A stretch of DNA of 64,000 nt from an uncultured Bacteroidota bacterium (GCA_902574335.1 CACGNO010000001.1:48009-112008), one strand, 5' to 3'. Shown: positions 49,799 through 60,453, numbered from the stretch's first letter. A program made the numbers and translations. The notes: generated by a model not told the origin, from the sequence alone.

Positions 49799-50550
49799 TA
49801 TCAAAATCAACAAAATTTATCTTCATATTATTTACTTTTTTAAGCTACAGTCAAAACTCAGAATTGTTTGATCAAGGAAATGATTTTTACAACCAGGGAC
49901 GGTATTTTGAAGCAATAGAAAAGTATAATTTAATTTTAAAAAATGGCAGCCATTCGAACGAATTATATTACAACTTAGGTAATTCATATTATAAACTTAA
50001 TGATATTGCAAATTCAATTTTTTATTATGAAAAGGCTTTGATACTTAGTCCCAATAATGATAAAATATTAAATAATTTATCATTCGCTAATAATATGTTA
50101 ATTGATAAAATTGATTCTTTGCCTAAAAACCAAATTTCTTCTTTTTTCAGTAGTCTTATCAATTTATTTAATTATTCCACATGGCAGTATATTTATTTGT
50201 TTTTTGAATATTTAGCTGTCATATTTTTGGTTTTATATTTTATTAGTAAAAGGCCAAAAAATAAAAAAAGGTATTTTATCACAGCCTTATCATTTTCATT
50301 ATTTTTTGTTTTTACTTTAATTGCTGCTAATATTTCTGAAAATAATTATCTAAACGATAACCCAGCAATTATATTTGATAAAGAAGTTGATTTAAGGAGT
50401 GAACCAAATTTAAGATCGGAAGAAATTAGCAAACTACATGAGGGAACTAAACTCAATATTATTGAAAGTGTTAATGATTGGAGTTTGGTTGAGCTCAAAA
50501 ATGGCAATAAAGGGTGGTTAACCACTTCATCATTTAGACTTATTAAATAG
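49795..50550 (+). CDS. batE: TPR + SH3-domain protein BatE
   Basis: N-terminal TPRs, TM segments and a C-terminal bacterial SH3-like segment (VDLRSEPN..GTKLNIIESVNDWSLVELKNGNKGWL). Confidence 0.8.
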   Translation: MISKSTKFIFILFTFLSYSQNSELFDQGNDFYNQGRYFEAIEKYNLILKNGSHSNELYYNLGNSYYKLNDIANSIFYYEKALILSPNNDKILNNLSFANNMLIDKIDSLPKNQISSFFSSLINLFNYSTWQYIYLFFEYLAVIFLVLYFISKRPKNKKRYFITALSFSLFFVFTLIAANISENNYLNDNPAIIFDKEVDLRSEPNLRSEEISKLHEGTKLNIIESVNDWSLVELKNGNKGWLTTSSFRLIK

Positions 50551-51043
50551 TCAAAGATTTATTATTTAAAACTTCCAATAAAAGATCACCAATTGAAATC
50601 AAAATTGGATAAACCGTAGATTTATTTATTTGGTCAGATGGAATAATTTCTATAGCAAGCAGCTCTGAAAAGTAGTTTATCACCATTGAAATTGATACAA
50701 TTATAATTAAAAATTTAAGTGAACTAAATATGCCACCAAGCAGTCTATTAATTGTCCCTAATGAAATATATTTTATGAGTTTAGTCATGTATTTTCCAGC
50801 AATTGTAAATAAAAAAGAGGTCAGAATAAATAGTAAAATAAAACTTAAAATATTTAGGATCTGCCCATCAATTTCTACATAATCATCAATAATTTTAGAC
50901 AAATCGTCTGAGAAACTATAAGAAATAATAGCCCCTATTAGTAATCCAAGAAATGAAGCTAATTCATTTACAAGACCGTTTGAAAACCCTTTTAAAAAGG
51001 CATACAGTAAAACTACAATTACAATTAAATCAATATAAATCAA
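50543..51043 (-). CDS. cvpA: CvpA-family membrane protein
   Basis: 166 aa with 4 TM segments. N-terminus IDLIVIVVLLYAFLKGFSNGLV is typical of CvpA. Confidence 0.75.
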   Translation of the reverse strand: MIYIDLIVIVVLLYAFLKGFSNGLVNELASFLGLLIGAIISYSFSDDLSKIIDDYVEIDGQILNILSFILLFILTSFLFTIAGKYMTKLIKYISLGTINRLLGGIFSSLKFLIIIVSISMVINYFSELLAIEIIPSDQINKSTVYPILISIGDLLLEVLNNKSLTI

Positions 51044-51086
51044 AATTTAAATTTTAATTTTATTAGACTATAAATTTATAACATAA

Positions 51087-51548
51087 ATGGAATACTTTGC
51101 TGACTTAGGGTATTTAGGATTATTTATTTCTTGTTTTTTAGCTGCAACTTTTATAATTCCTTTTAGTCCTGAAGTTATTTTGGGTATTTTAATTGTTAAG
51201 GGATTCAATCCTCAATTAACAATATTGATAGCAACCATTGGAAATTGGATGGGCGGAATGACATCATACTATATTGGAAGAATTGGAGATTGGAAAAAAA
51301 TTGAAAAGTATTTTAAAATAAAAAAAGAAAAGGTTTTAGCTTTTAAACTTAGAATCGATAAATGGGGAAGCGTCTTGGCTTTTTTCACATGGTTTCCATT
51401 AGGCGGTGACATTTTAGCTCTGAGTTTAGGTTTTTTCAAGGTTGATGCCTACAAGGTTTCCATTTGGATGCTAATAGGCAAGTTTTTTAGATTTGTAGTA
51501 TCAGCAATAATTATATATTACGGAATAGATTTAATTAAGTTTTGGTGA
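51087..51548 (+). CDS. YqaA/DedA (SNARE-associated) family membrane protein
   Basis: 153 aa with 4 TM segments and a family-like N-terminus with the PFSPEV motif. Confidence 0.7.
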   Translation: MEYFADLGYLGLFISCFLAATFIIPFSPEVILGILIVKGFNPQLTILIATIGNWMGGMTSYYIGRIGDWKKIEKYFKIKKEKVLAFKLRIDKWGSVLAFFTWFPLGGDILALSLGFFKVDAYKVSIWMLIGKFFRFVVSAIIIYYGIDLIKFW

Positions 51549-51592
51549 AGTTTTAGCAAATTCAATTTAATTAAGATAATTTAGCAGCATAT

Positions 51593-52609
51593 ATGATCAA
51601 AGAAATAGAAAAACACCTTACCGATTTAGAAAAAATCAAGCTCAAAAATTTAGATGATGTTGAGAGTTTTAGAATTAAATATATTTCAAAAAAAGGTATA
51701 GTTCCCTATATGTTTTCTCAATTAAGGGATGTTCCTAATAAGGACAAAAGAGAAGTTGGTCTACAAATAAACTCTGTAAAACAGAAGGTTAATGAAATAA
51801 TTTCATTACATAAAGAAAAGTTTACATCAAAAAAATCAAATAGTAGTTTTGAGGACTTAACAAAACCAGCTGAGTTTCTCAAATTAGGTTCAAGACACCC
51901 AATATCAATTGTAAAAAATAAAATAATTGATATTTTTCTAAAAATAGGTTTTGATATCTCAGAAGGTCCGGAAATTGAGGATGACTGGCATAATTTTACT
52001 GCTTTGAATCTGCCTGAGCACCATCCAGCAAGAGACATGCAAGACACATTTTATCTAAATAAAAATCCTGATTGGCTATTAAGAACTCACACATCCTCAG
52101 TTCAAATCAGACATATGGAAAATAATGAACCTCCTATCAGGACCATTTCACCTGGAAGAGTTTATAGAAATGAAGATATTTCTGCAAGATCACATTGTTT
52201 TTTTCATCAAGTAGAAGGTTTATATATTGATGAAGGGGTCTCTTTTGTTGATCTTAAACAAACTTTATTACATTTTACAAAAGAATTATTCGGAAAAAGT
52301 AAAATTAGATTAAGACCATCTTATTTTCCATTTACTGAACCGAGTGCAGAATTGGATATTTATTGGGGATTGGAATCAGAAGCAGATTATAGAATTACTA
52401 AAGGTACTGGTTGGTTAGAAATTTTAGGATGCGGTATGGTCGACCCTAATGTTTTAAAAAATTGCAAAATAGATTCTGAAAAATTTTCTGGATTTGCATT
52501 TGGATTAGGAATTGAACGAATTGCGATGTTATTATATCAAATTGAAGATATTCGGACTCTATATGAAAATGATTTAAGATTTTTAAATCAGTTTAATAAC
52601 TCAATCTAA
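51593..52609 (+). CDS. pheS: Phenylalanine--tRNA ligase alpha subunit
   Basis: Class II motifs [28 protein letters not shown] and [13 protein letters not shown]. Confidence 0.95.
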   Translation: MIKEIEKHLTDLEKIKLKNLDDVESFRIKYISKKGIVPYMFSQLRDVPNKDKREVGLQINSVKQKVNEIISLHKEKFTSKKSNSSFEDLTKPAEFLKLGSRHPISIVKNKIIDIFLKIGFDISEGPEIEDDWHNFTALNLPEHHPARDMQDTFYLNKNPDWLLRTHTSSVQIRHMENNEPPIRTISPGRVYRNEDISARSHCFFHQVEGLYIDEGVSFVDLKQTLLHFTKELFGKSKIRLRPSYFPFTEPSAELDIYWGLESEADYRITKGTGWLEILGCGMVDPNVLKNCKIDSEKFSGFAFGLGIERIAMLLYQIEDIRTLYENDLRFLNQFNNSI

Positions 52610-53596
52610 TTTTTTTGATAAGCTACTGATTTCTTCCTTTGGATTTTTATTATTATATAATATATCAAACACGGTATCTATTATATAAAAACTCTCTTTA
52701 TTATTTTTTGAAATTTCAAAGGCATTTTTAGTCGCATAATAACCTTCAACAACCATAGACATTTTTGATATTGCATCATTAACTGATAAACCTTCACCAA
52801 TCATTTTTCCAAAAGTTCGATTTCTACTGTGGTCAGAGTATGTTGTAACTAATAGATCACCTATGTAAGCTGAATGACTAAAATCACGTTTAATATTGTC
52901 AATAGACTTTATAAAATTGATCATTTCTTTTGTACAATGACTAATTAAAACACTAATAAAATTATCACCATAGTTTAAACCAATTGATATACCTACCAAA
53001 ATTGAATAAATATTTTTTAAAGCTGCTGCGTATTCTATTCCTACTATATCTTTAGAAATGGATGTTTTAATGTATGATGAACTTAGAACATTAGATAAAA
53101 AATCACACATGTTCTTATTAGTTGATCCAATTGTTAAATATGATAATTTACTATTTGCAATTTCTTCAGCATGAGTAGGACCACTTAAGATTCCTAAATT
53201 TTCATAAGAAATATCAAAAAACTTATTTAAATGATCACTAATAACTAAATGAGATTCGGGAATAACACCCTTCGATCCAGAAAAAATAACTTTATTTTTA
53301 AGAATGGATTTGTACTCAATCAAATTTTTATGAATATATGGTGATGGAATTGTAATAATTATGACATCAGACTTCTTAATAATTTCATCTAGTTTGCTAC
53401 TTATATAAACCTTATTAATATCAATTTTTAAATTCTTGAGATAATTTGGGTTTTTCCCAGTTTTAATAATGTGCTTTGCTTGATTATCATTACGTACATG
53501 CCAAAGAATATTTTCAGAATTTTCCGTCAGCATTTTAATCATCGCTGTTCCCCAACTACCAGAGCCCAAAACACCAATATTTTTTACCTCCACCAT
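52601..53596 (-). CDS. gpsA: NAD(P)H-dependent glycerol-3-phosphate dehydrogenase
   Basis: N-terminal GSGSWGTA, then GPTHAEE and LKNIYSI segments. Confidence 0.9.
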   Translation of the reverse strand: MVEVKNIGVLGSGSWGTAMIKMLTENSENILWHVRNDNQAKHIIKTGKNPNYLKNLKIDINKVYISSKLDEIIKKSDVIIITIPSPYIHKNLIEYKSILKNKVIFSGSKGVIPESHLVISDHLNKFFDISYENLGILSGPTHAEEIANSKLSYLTIGSTNKNMCDFLSNVLSSSYIKTSISKDIVGIEYAAALKNIYSILVGISIGLNYGDNFISVLISHCTKEMINFIKSIDNIKRDFSHSAYIGDLLVTTYSDHSRNRTFGKMIGEGLSVNDAISKMSMVVEGYYATKNAFEISKNNKESFYIIDTVFDILYNNKNPKEEISSLSKKLD

Positions 53597-53675
53597 TTTA
53601 ACAATTCTTTAATATAATATGCAGCAAATTTAAACTAATTTTAATTAGTTAGTTTTTCATAGTTTGTTTAGCCTA

Positions 53676-53699
53676 AGACACTCTCCCAGAGTGTTTTTT
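53676..53699 (+). terminator. Terminator-like hairpin oriented on the plus strand between two minus-strand genes
   Basis: Stem ACACTCT (53678-53684) / AGAGTGT (53688-53694) with a CCC loop, followed by a T6 run on the plus strand only. Confidence 0.4.
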
Positions 53700-53703
53700 G
53701 CTT

Positions 53704-54048
53704 TTACAAGTAAATCATCTGTAAAAGTCCAATAAAATAAAAAATAAAAACTCTAAAAAACTTCTTTCTGGGTTCAATTATTTTATTGTGAAGATAAAAT
53801 CCTATCAATACAATTATAAAAGTTGTAAGATTAGTATAATTAAATTCTGTTTGAGTGTAGAATGTAAGGAATGATGCTGATAATTTAAAAAAAATAAAAA
53901 TCAAAGTAATTAGGTAAACTCTAAAATCTGAAATTGTGTACGGTTTTTTATAATAAAAATTATACAGTGAATTTAAACAGCAATAGATTAGAAAAATAAT
54001 ACTTACATATTTCAATAATAAGTCAATTATTTGTAAAGCACTATCCAT
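53704..54048 (-). CDS. Small hydrophobic membrane protein (114 aa), unknown function
   Basis: 3-4 TM segments. It starts 1 nt after the ABC ATPase stop. Confidence 0.5.
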   Translation of the reverse strand: MDSALQIIDLLLKYVSIIFLIYCCLNSLYNFYYKKPYTISDFRVYLITLIFIFFKLSASFLTFYTQTEFNYTNLTTFIIVLIGFYLHNKIIEPRKKFFRVFIFYFIGLLQMIYL

Positions 54049-54049
54049 T

Positions 54050-55558
54050 TTAAATTATGGCTTCAATTAGTTTTTTAGTGTAGTCTTTTGGCTTTTTAAA
54101 TATTGCTTTTGTTGAATTCTGATCAACTATAATTCCATTTTTCAAGACTATAATATTATCAGACATGTGTTTTACCAATGACAAATCATGAGAAATAAAT
54201 ATGTAGGTTAATTTGAGTTCAATTTTTAATTTATTCAAAAGTTTTAGAATTGCGTTTTGTATGGATTTATCTAACGCAGAAACACACTCATCACAAATTA
54301 TAAGTTCAGGTTTTAAACTTAATGCACGAGCTATTACAACTCTCTGTCTTTCACCACCAGAAAGTTCAGATGGATATTTATTAAATAAATGTTTTTTAAG
54401 CTCAACTTTATTTAAATATTCAGTAGCTAATGTTTTTGCTTCATTTTTATTTATTTTAAAATGAATTATTATTGGGTCTGTTATCTGATTAATAATTTTA
54501 ATATTTGGATTTAATGCAGAGTAAGGGTCTTGAAATATTAATTGAATTTTCCGACTAAGTTTATATCTACTAATTTCTCTAATATTTATTTCATCATATT
54601 TTATTTCACCATTATAATTTTTATAAAAACCAGTAAGACATCTTGAAATAGTCGTTTTACCTGATCCTGATTGCCCAATTAAACCAAGAGTTTCTCCTTT
54701 TTTTATTTTGAAATTTATATTATCCAAAATTATTTTATTACCAAGTGAAAGATCTAAATTTTTAACAACAAGTATTGTATTTGCTTTATGTTGGTTTACC
54801 GATTTTTTACCAACTATTTTATTTTCCTTGATAAGATTTTTTGTGTATTCTTCTATAGGTTTATTAAACACCTGCTTAGTTGTTCCTTTTTCGACAATTC
54901 GTCCCTTGTTCATTACTAAAACATAATTTGAAATACTATATATTAAATTTAAATTATGACTTACAATAATAAGACTAGTCTTAAACTCTTTCTTCAACTC
55001 AATCAATAGTTTTAGTATATCTTTCTTCACTAAGCTATCAAGAGATGATGTTGCCTCATCTGCAATAATTAAATCAGGATTTTTAGCTATAGCAATAGCA
55101 ATCATAATTCTTTGTTGTTGCCCACCACTCAGTTCATGAGGATATTTATTGTATGTTTCAAGTGGGTTTGGAATTTTAACTTTCTCAATTAAATCTAAGA
55201 CTGATTGTTTATCCCTTACTTTCAGAGCTTCATTAATTTGATTTCCGCACCTCATACTTGGATTCAAGAAACTCATAGGGTCTTGAAAAATGATGGAAAT
55301 TTTATTTTTTATTATATCCTCTATATTACTTTTTGAGATCAATTCATTTTTAAAAAATATTTTTCCAGTTTGAGTTAGCCCTTTATACTTGATTAAATTT
55401 AAAATACTTAATGCAGTTAGTGATTTACCACTGCCTGACTCTCCAATAATTCCTAGAATACTATTTTCATTAATTTCAAATGAAACGCCTTTAACTAAGG
55501 CAGTTTGTTTGGCAAATATTTTTAGATTTTTAACAGATATAATTTTAGAGCTTTTCAA
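54050..55558 (-). CDS. ABC transporter ATP-binding protein with two fused ATPase domains (Dpp/Opp-type)
   Basis: Two Walker A motifs (GESGSGKS, GQSGSGKT), two signature motifs (LSGGQQQR, LSGGERQR) and two Walker B motifs. Confidence 0.9.
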   Translation of the reverse strand: MKSSKIISVKNLKIFAKQTALVKGVSFEINENSILGIIGESGSGKSLTALSILNLIKYKGLTQTGKIFFKNELISKSNIEDIIKNKISIIFQDPMSFLNPSMRCGNQINEALKVRDKQSVLDLIEKVKIPNPLETYNKYPHELSGGQQQRIMIAIAIAKNPDLIIADEATSSLDSLVKKDILKLLIELKKEFKTSLIIVSHNLNLIYSISNYVLVMNKGRIVEKGTTKQVFNKPIEEYTKNLIKENKIVGKKSVNQHKANTILVVKNLDLSLGNKIILDNINFKIKKGETLGLIGQSGSGKTTISRCLTGFYKNYNGEIKYDEINIREISRYKLSRKIQLIFQDPYSALNPNIKIINQITDPIIIHFKINKNEAKTLATEYLNKVELKKHLFNKYPSELSGGERQRVVIARALSLKPELIICDECVSALDKSIQNAILKLLNKLKIELKLTYIFISHDLSLVKHMSDNIIVLKNGIIVDQNSTKAIFKKPKDYTKKLIEAII

Positions 55559-55560
55559 AA

Positions 55561-56715
55561 CTATATTTTAGTCATTTTAATTGCCTCTTCAATGTATATT
55601 AATTGGTCCTGAGGAATAATATCAGCTTCAGTTTTCTTATCATTTGTTTTTCCTAATCTTATGATAATAATATTCTCTTTAGGGAAAACCATGACGTATT
55701 GACCAAGATGACCTCTCATTGAAAAATATTTCATCCCTTTATAACTACCTAACCAAAAGCCATAACCGTAATGAGGACTTTTTTCAAATCTCTTAGTTGT
55801 AGCTTTTTTAACAAAAGAAGAATCAAGCAGTTGTTTTCCATTCCAATAACCATAGTCTTTAAAAAGTTTACCAAATTTTGCGAAGTCTCTAGCATTTGAA
55901 TTGAAACAACAATAAGCTTTTTCATTATTTGATTTTAAATTATCAATTTGCCACAGCGCATTGTTTTCAGCCCCAATAGGATTCCAAAACCAATTATAAA
56001 CAAGACTTGATAACTTTTTACCAGTAGCTTTTTCAATGGTCATTGCTAATAATTGAGTATCTCCACTTAAATATTTAAATGATTGTCCAGGTTCTCGAAT
56101 TATAGGTCTTGATTTGATCAATTCCACCAAACTTTCGGAGCCGACATATGCTCTCGCCGTAACTCCAAATACATTTTTATAATCTTCCGTCCATTTCATT
56201 CCAGATGACATACTTGATAAATCACCAACGCTAAGATTAGCTGCTAATCCTTTTTTATATTCAGGAATAAAATCGCCTACTTTTTGATCTAAGCCTTTAA
56301 TATAACCTTCATCTATAGCTCTTCCCAAAACTGCTGTAACTATACTTTTAGCAATTGAGAATGAGTTGCTATATGATTTTTCGCTATAACCATCATAATA
56401 TTTTTCATACCATAATGAGTCGTTTTTAATAATTAAAAAAGCAACTGTTCCTAAACGATCATTAGTTTTATTCAATATGTCCGTTGATTTTGTATTATTA
56501 AAATCTTCGTGCAATGGCCAAGTTTGTGGGTTTTCACTTTTTGGGATATTTATATTATCAAAAAATTTATAATCTGTTATATCTGCGACTGTTCTTTTTG
56601 TTTTTGAAATTGTTTTAACTAAATCAAAAAGATATAATGTTTCAGATTTAAAAATTAAACCCAAACTAATTATGATTGAGATAGAAAAAATTGTAATTAT
56701 TTTTTTATTCTTCAT
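55561..56715 (-). CDS. Beta-lactamase-family serine hydrolase with an N-terminal membrane anchor
   Basis: 384 aa with an S-x-x-K motif (FSIAKS) and class C/PBP-like overall features. Confidence 0.8.
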   Translation of the reverse strand: MKNKKIITIFSISIIISLGLIFKSETLYLFDLVKTISKTKRTVADITDYKFFDNINIPKSENPQTWPLHEDFNNTKSTDILNKTNDRLGTVAFLIIKNDSLWYEKYYDGYSEKSYSNSFSIAKSIVTAVLGRAIDEGYIKGLDQKVGDFIPEYKKGLAANLSVGDLSSMSSGMKWTEDYKNVFGVTARAYVGSESLVELIKSRPIIREPGQSFKYLSGDTQLLAMTIEKATGKKLSSLVYNWFWNPIGAENNALWQIDNLKSNNEKAYCCFNSNARDFAKFGKLFKDYGYWNGKQLLDSSFVKKATTKRFEKSPHYGYGFWLGSYKGMKYFSMRGHLGQYVMVFPKENIIIIRLGKTNDKKTEADIIPQDQLIYIEEAIKMTKI

Positions 56716-56790
56716 CTTATCTAATGTATTAAAATAAAAAATATTAAGTGGAATAATTTTTGATTTTGACTATTTTAGTTTAAATCATTT

Positions 56791-58281
56791 ATGAAGGAAC
56801 CATATTTATTACTTAGGACAAGGATATTTTTTGCAATGATTTTGCTTGTTTTTGTATCATTTCTATTAATTGGAATTACTACAAGTTTTCAAATCACAGA
56901 AAACTCTTTGTATTACCATGAATTGAGATTGGATAGAAAAGAATCACAGCTTCAAAGAGCCTTCAAAATATTATTTAATGAAAAGTCTAAGCAACCAGAT
57001 AATCAGTTGTCATATTTATTTAATAGACGACCTGATCTTGGGATAAATATTAGTACAGTATTAGATGAAGAATTAAAACAAGAAATTTTTAATATATCAG
57101 ATATCCAAAATATTGATTTTACTTTATATGACTTGGATGGATCATTGGTAGGCTCTACGGTAAATGAAGGTTTCTCATCCAATTTAGATAAAAGCCTGAT
57201 AGATGATCTGTCTAATTCAGAGGATTTAAATATTGTTCAAAAGAATGAATTTGAAGATCAGCTGTATCGATCATCTTTTTCCTATATAATGGATATTAAT
57301 AATAGACCAATTTGGATTCTAAATCTTCCTTATGTCGATGATGATAAATTGAATGCATATGAAATAAGATCGTTCATAATCAATATAGCACAGGTTTATA
57401 TTTTACTTTTCGTATTGGCAATAATTATATCATACTTTGTGTCAAGCTATATTACTAATCCTATTTCAGAACTAGTCAAAAAGATGAGGCAAATGAGATT
57501 GGATAAATCAAATAAAAAAATTAGAACTAATGTTTCAAGTAAAGAAATGTTTACTCTAGTTAGCTCTTATAATAATATGGTTGCCCAAATTGATGATAAT
57601 GTTAAACAAATATCTAAATCTCAAAGAGAGTTAGCTTGGAGGGAAATGGCAAAACAAGTAGCACATGAAATAAAAAATCCATTAACACCAATGAAATTGA
57701 GTGTTCAAAGTTTTAAGCAGCGATTTAATTCAAAAGATCCAAAGATTGAAGAGAAGATACAAGACTTTAGCGACACATTGGTTCAGCAAATAGATGTGCT
57801 AAGTTCTATATCTACAGCCTTCTCGCACTTTGCTGAGCTACCTGCCCAAAAAAATGAAAATATTGATATTATTTCTACTACTAAATTAGCATTAGAAATT
57901 TTCAATGAAAAAAACATCTCATTTGAATCTAAGATTGATTCAATAAAGGTTAAAATCGATCGTACAACGCTAATTAGGATTATAACAAACCTTGTAAAGA
58001 ATTCAATTCAAGCAATAGATAATGTAAGTCAACCTAAAATTATTGTAAGGATAAAAAAGGTAAGAGATAAAGCCATAATTGAAATTGAAGATAATGGAAT
58101 AGGTATTTCAAGAAAAAACAGAGACAAAATATTTGAGCCTAAATTCACTACAAAGTCAAAAGGCATGGGACTTGGGCTAAGTATAATTAAAAACTTAGTT
58201 ACAAACTATAATGGTGAGATTGATTTTAAATCAACAAAAGGTAAAACCACTTTTAAAATTGAATTACCTGTTTATAAATAA
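56791..58281 (+). CDS. Sensor histidine kinase (two TM segments, HisKA + HATPase_c)
   Basis: H-box VAHEIKNPLTPM, N-box NLVKNSIQA, and G-boxes DNGIGI and GMGLGLS. Confidence 0.88.
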   Translation: MKEPYLLLRTRIFFAMILLVFVSFLLIGITTSFQITENSLYYHELRLDRKESQLQRAFKILFNEKSKQPDNQLSYLFNRRPDLGINISTVLDEELKQEIFNISDIQNIDFTLYDLDGSLVGSTVNEGFSSNLDKSLIDDLSNSEDLNIVQKNEFEDQLYRSSFSYIMDINNRPIWILNLPYVDDDKLNAYEIRSFIINIAQVYILLFVLAIIISYFVSSYITNPISELVKKMRQMRLDKSNKKIRTNVSSKEMFTLVSSYNNMVAQIDDNVKQISKSQRELAWREMAKQVAHEIKNPLTPMKLSVQSFKQRFNSKDPKIEEKIQDFSDTLVQQIDVLSSISTAFSHFAELPAQKNENIDIISTTKLALEIFNEKNISFESKIDSIKVKIDRTTLIRIITNLVKNSIQAIDNVSQPKIIVRIKKVRDKAIIEIEDNGIGISRKNRDKIFEPKFTTKSKGMGLGLSIIKNLVTNYNGEIDFKSTKGKTTFKIELPVYK

Positions 58282-58282
58282 T

Positions 58283-58690
58283 TTAGCAATATTCGTTATA
58301 AGCCTGTTTTAGGTTTTCAGCTATAAGTGAAGCATCACGCCCTTCAATATGATGCCTTTCTAGCATATGAACCAACTCACCATCTTTGAATAATGCAATG
58401 CTAGGTGAAGATGGAGGGAAAGGAAACATTAATTCTCGAGCTGAATCAGTAGCTTGACGATCAACACCAGCAAAAGCAGTAAATAAGTTTTGTGGAGTTT
58501 TATCATTATTTAATGATGAAATAACACCTGGTCTGGCATTAGCGGCAGCACATCCACATACGGAGTTTATCATAATTATTGCCGTACCATTTTCAATTAA
58601 TTTTTTTACATCATCATCATTAGAAATTTCTTGGAATCCGTTAGAGGTTAATTCTAACTTCATGGGTTTTACGATTTCTTTTGGGTACAT
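58283..58690 (-). CDS. Bacilliredoxin-family (BrxA/BrxB, DUF1094) thiol-disulfide protein
   Basis: 135 aa with the redox motif NSVCGCAAANARP and a thioredoxin-like length. Confidence 0.8.
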   Translation of the reverse strand: MYPKEIVKPMKLELTSNGFQEISNDDDVKKLIENGTAIIMINSVCGCAAANARPGVISSLNNDKTPQNLFTAFAGVDRQATDSARELMFPFPPSSPSIALFKDGELVHMLERHHIEGRDASLIAENLKQAYNEYC

Positions 58691-58758
58691 AGATATTTAT
58701 TTTTTTCAAATATAATAAAGAACTATTAATTGACATTTGTAAATTTGGATTCCTATTT

Positions 58759-59460
58759 ATGTATAAGTGGATTTTAGCTTTTATTGGTTTTTATATATTT
58801 AGATTCCCAGGATTCTTCATAGGGATGTTTATTGGTCATCAAATTGATAAAAATAATTTTACTAAACTAGGGAACAGTATTAAAAAAGAGTTTGAACTAA
58901 ACCTACTCGCTTTAGCATCCATATTAATCAAATCTGATGGCGAAGTTTCAAAGCAGGAGTTACAATTTGTTAGAAATTATTTTATAAGTATATATGGACA
59001 GTATAGGGCAAATATTTTGTTCAAAGAGTTTAATACCAATATTGATAAAAAAAATATTTCGGCAAAACAGATTTGTAATTTCTTTCTAAAAAGAACGACT
59101 TATGGGACAAGGCTCCAATTGATTCACTTTCTTTTTAATATAGCCAAGGCAGATGGATCCATTTCAAAAGCTGAAATAGAAAAACTTTTAGAGTTTACTC
59201 AATTATTAAATATTTCTTTAGCTGACTTTGAAAGCATAAAAGCGATGTTTTTTAAATCTTCAGATTCTGATTACAAAATTTTAGAAGTGGATAAAAATTG
59301 CTCTAATGAAGATTTAAAAAAAGCATATAGGGAATTAGCTAAAAAACATCATCCAGATAAAGTACAAAACTTAGGAGATGTCTATGTGAAAGCTGCAAAA
59401 GAAAAGTTTTCAAAAATACAAGCAGCTTATGAAAATATTAAAAAACAAAGAGGAATATGA
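58759..59460 (+). CDS. DjlA-like membrane co-chaperone (TM + TerB-like domain + C-terminal J domain)
   Basis: N-terminal TM segment. J domain [31 protein letters not shown] includes HPD. Confidence 0.8.
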   Translation: MYKWILAFIGFYIFRFPGFFIGMFIGHQIDKNNFTKLGNSIKKEFELNLLALASILIKSDGEVSKQELQFVRNYFISIYGQYRANILFKEFNTNIDKKNISAKQICNFFLKRTTYGTRLQLIHFLFNIAKADGSISKAEIEKLLEFTQLLNISLADFESIKAMFFKSSDSDYKILEVDKNCSNEDLKKAYRELAKKHHPDKVQNLGDVYVKAAKEKFSKIQAAYENIKKQRGI

Positions 59461-60023
59461 TGGATCAAATACTTTTTTACCTAAAAATTGGTTTTAGCCA
59501 CATAATGGACATTAATGCTTATGATCATTTGCTATTTTTAGCTTCCATCTCAATTATTTACTCATTTAAAACATGGAAAAAGCTTTTTTGGATTGTTACT
59601 TTTTTTACAATTGGTCATTCAATGTCATTAGTTATTTCATCTTACGGAATTTATAAACCTAATACAGACATTATCGAATTCTTAATCCCGGTTACAATAA
59701 TTATTTCCGCTTTATCAAATATTTTTTTCTTAGACACAAATAAAAAAATTAATTATTTCACAATTCTCATTGCATTATTTTTTGGTTTAATTCACGGTTT
59801 TGGTTTTGCTAATTTTTTTAGTCAAATATCATTTTCTGATGGAGTAGATTTAGTTGCTTTAATTGGCTTTTCATTAGGTGTTGAGGTTTCACAAATTTTG
59901 ATTGCAGTATCTATTTTAGTATTGAATTCAATCTTATTTTGGAACAGCAATAAATTCAAAAAAAATTACATCAGAATAATTTCATTTTTGGTTTGTTTAT
60001 TAACTATATTAATATTTATTTAG
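59457..60023 (+). CDS. HupE/UreJ-family membrane protein
   Basis: N-terminus [22 protein letters not shown] is typical of HupE_UreJ_2. 6 TM segments. ATGA overlap with the upstream gene. Confidence 0.72.
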   Translation: MMDQILFYLKIGFSHIMDINAYDHLLFLASISIIYSFKTWKKLFWIVTFFTIGHSMSLVISSYGIYKPNTDIIEFLIPVTIIISALSNIFFLDTNKKINYFTILIALFFGLIHGFGFANFFSQISFSDGVDLVALIGFSLGVEVSQILIAVSILVLNSILFWNSNKFKKNYIRIISFLVCLLTILIFI

Positions 60024-60027
60024 AACG

Positions 60028-60453
60028 GTGATTGATAAAAAACAACTTAAATACGATAAAGCTTATTTGAAGATGGCAAGCGAATGGGCTAAGCTTTCTT
60101 ATTGTAAAAGAAGGCAAGTTGGAGCATTGATTGTTAAGGATAGAATGATTATTTCGGATGGTTATAATGGTACACCTACCGGATTAGACAATAATTGTGA
60201 GGATGATGAGGGATACACCAAATGGTATGTTTTACATGCTGAAGCAAATGCTATTCTAAAGGTTGCTGCATCTACTCAATCAACCACTGGAGCTACTTTG
60301 TATGTAACTTTATCTCCATGTACAGAATGCAGTAAGTTAATTTTCCAGTCTGGAATTAAAAGAGTTGTTTATATAACAGAATATAAGGACAGATCAGGAC
60401 TAGACTTCTTAATTGAAGCCGGTGTTAAAGTTGATCAAATTACTGACCTTTAA
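60028..60453 (+). CDS. dCMP deaminase (ComEB-like cytidine/deoxycytidylate deaminase)
   Basis: Zinc motifs HAEANAI and PCTECSKLI. GTG start. Confidence 0.9.
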   Translation: MIDKKQLKYDKAYLKMASEWAKLSYCKRRQVGALIVKDRMIISDGYNGTPTGLDNNCEDDEGYTKWYVLHAEANAILKVAASTQSTTGATLYVTLSPCTECSKLIFQSGIKRVVYITEYKDRSGLDFLIEAGVKVDQITDL

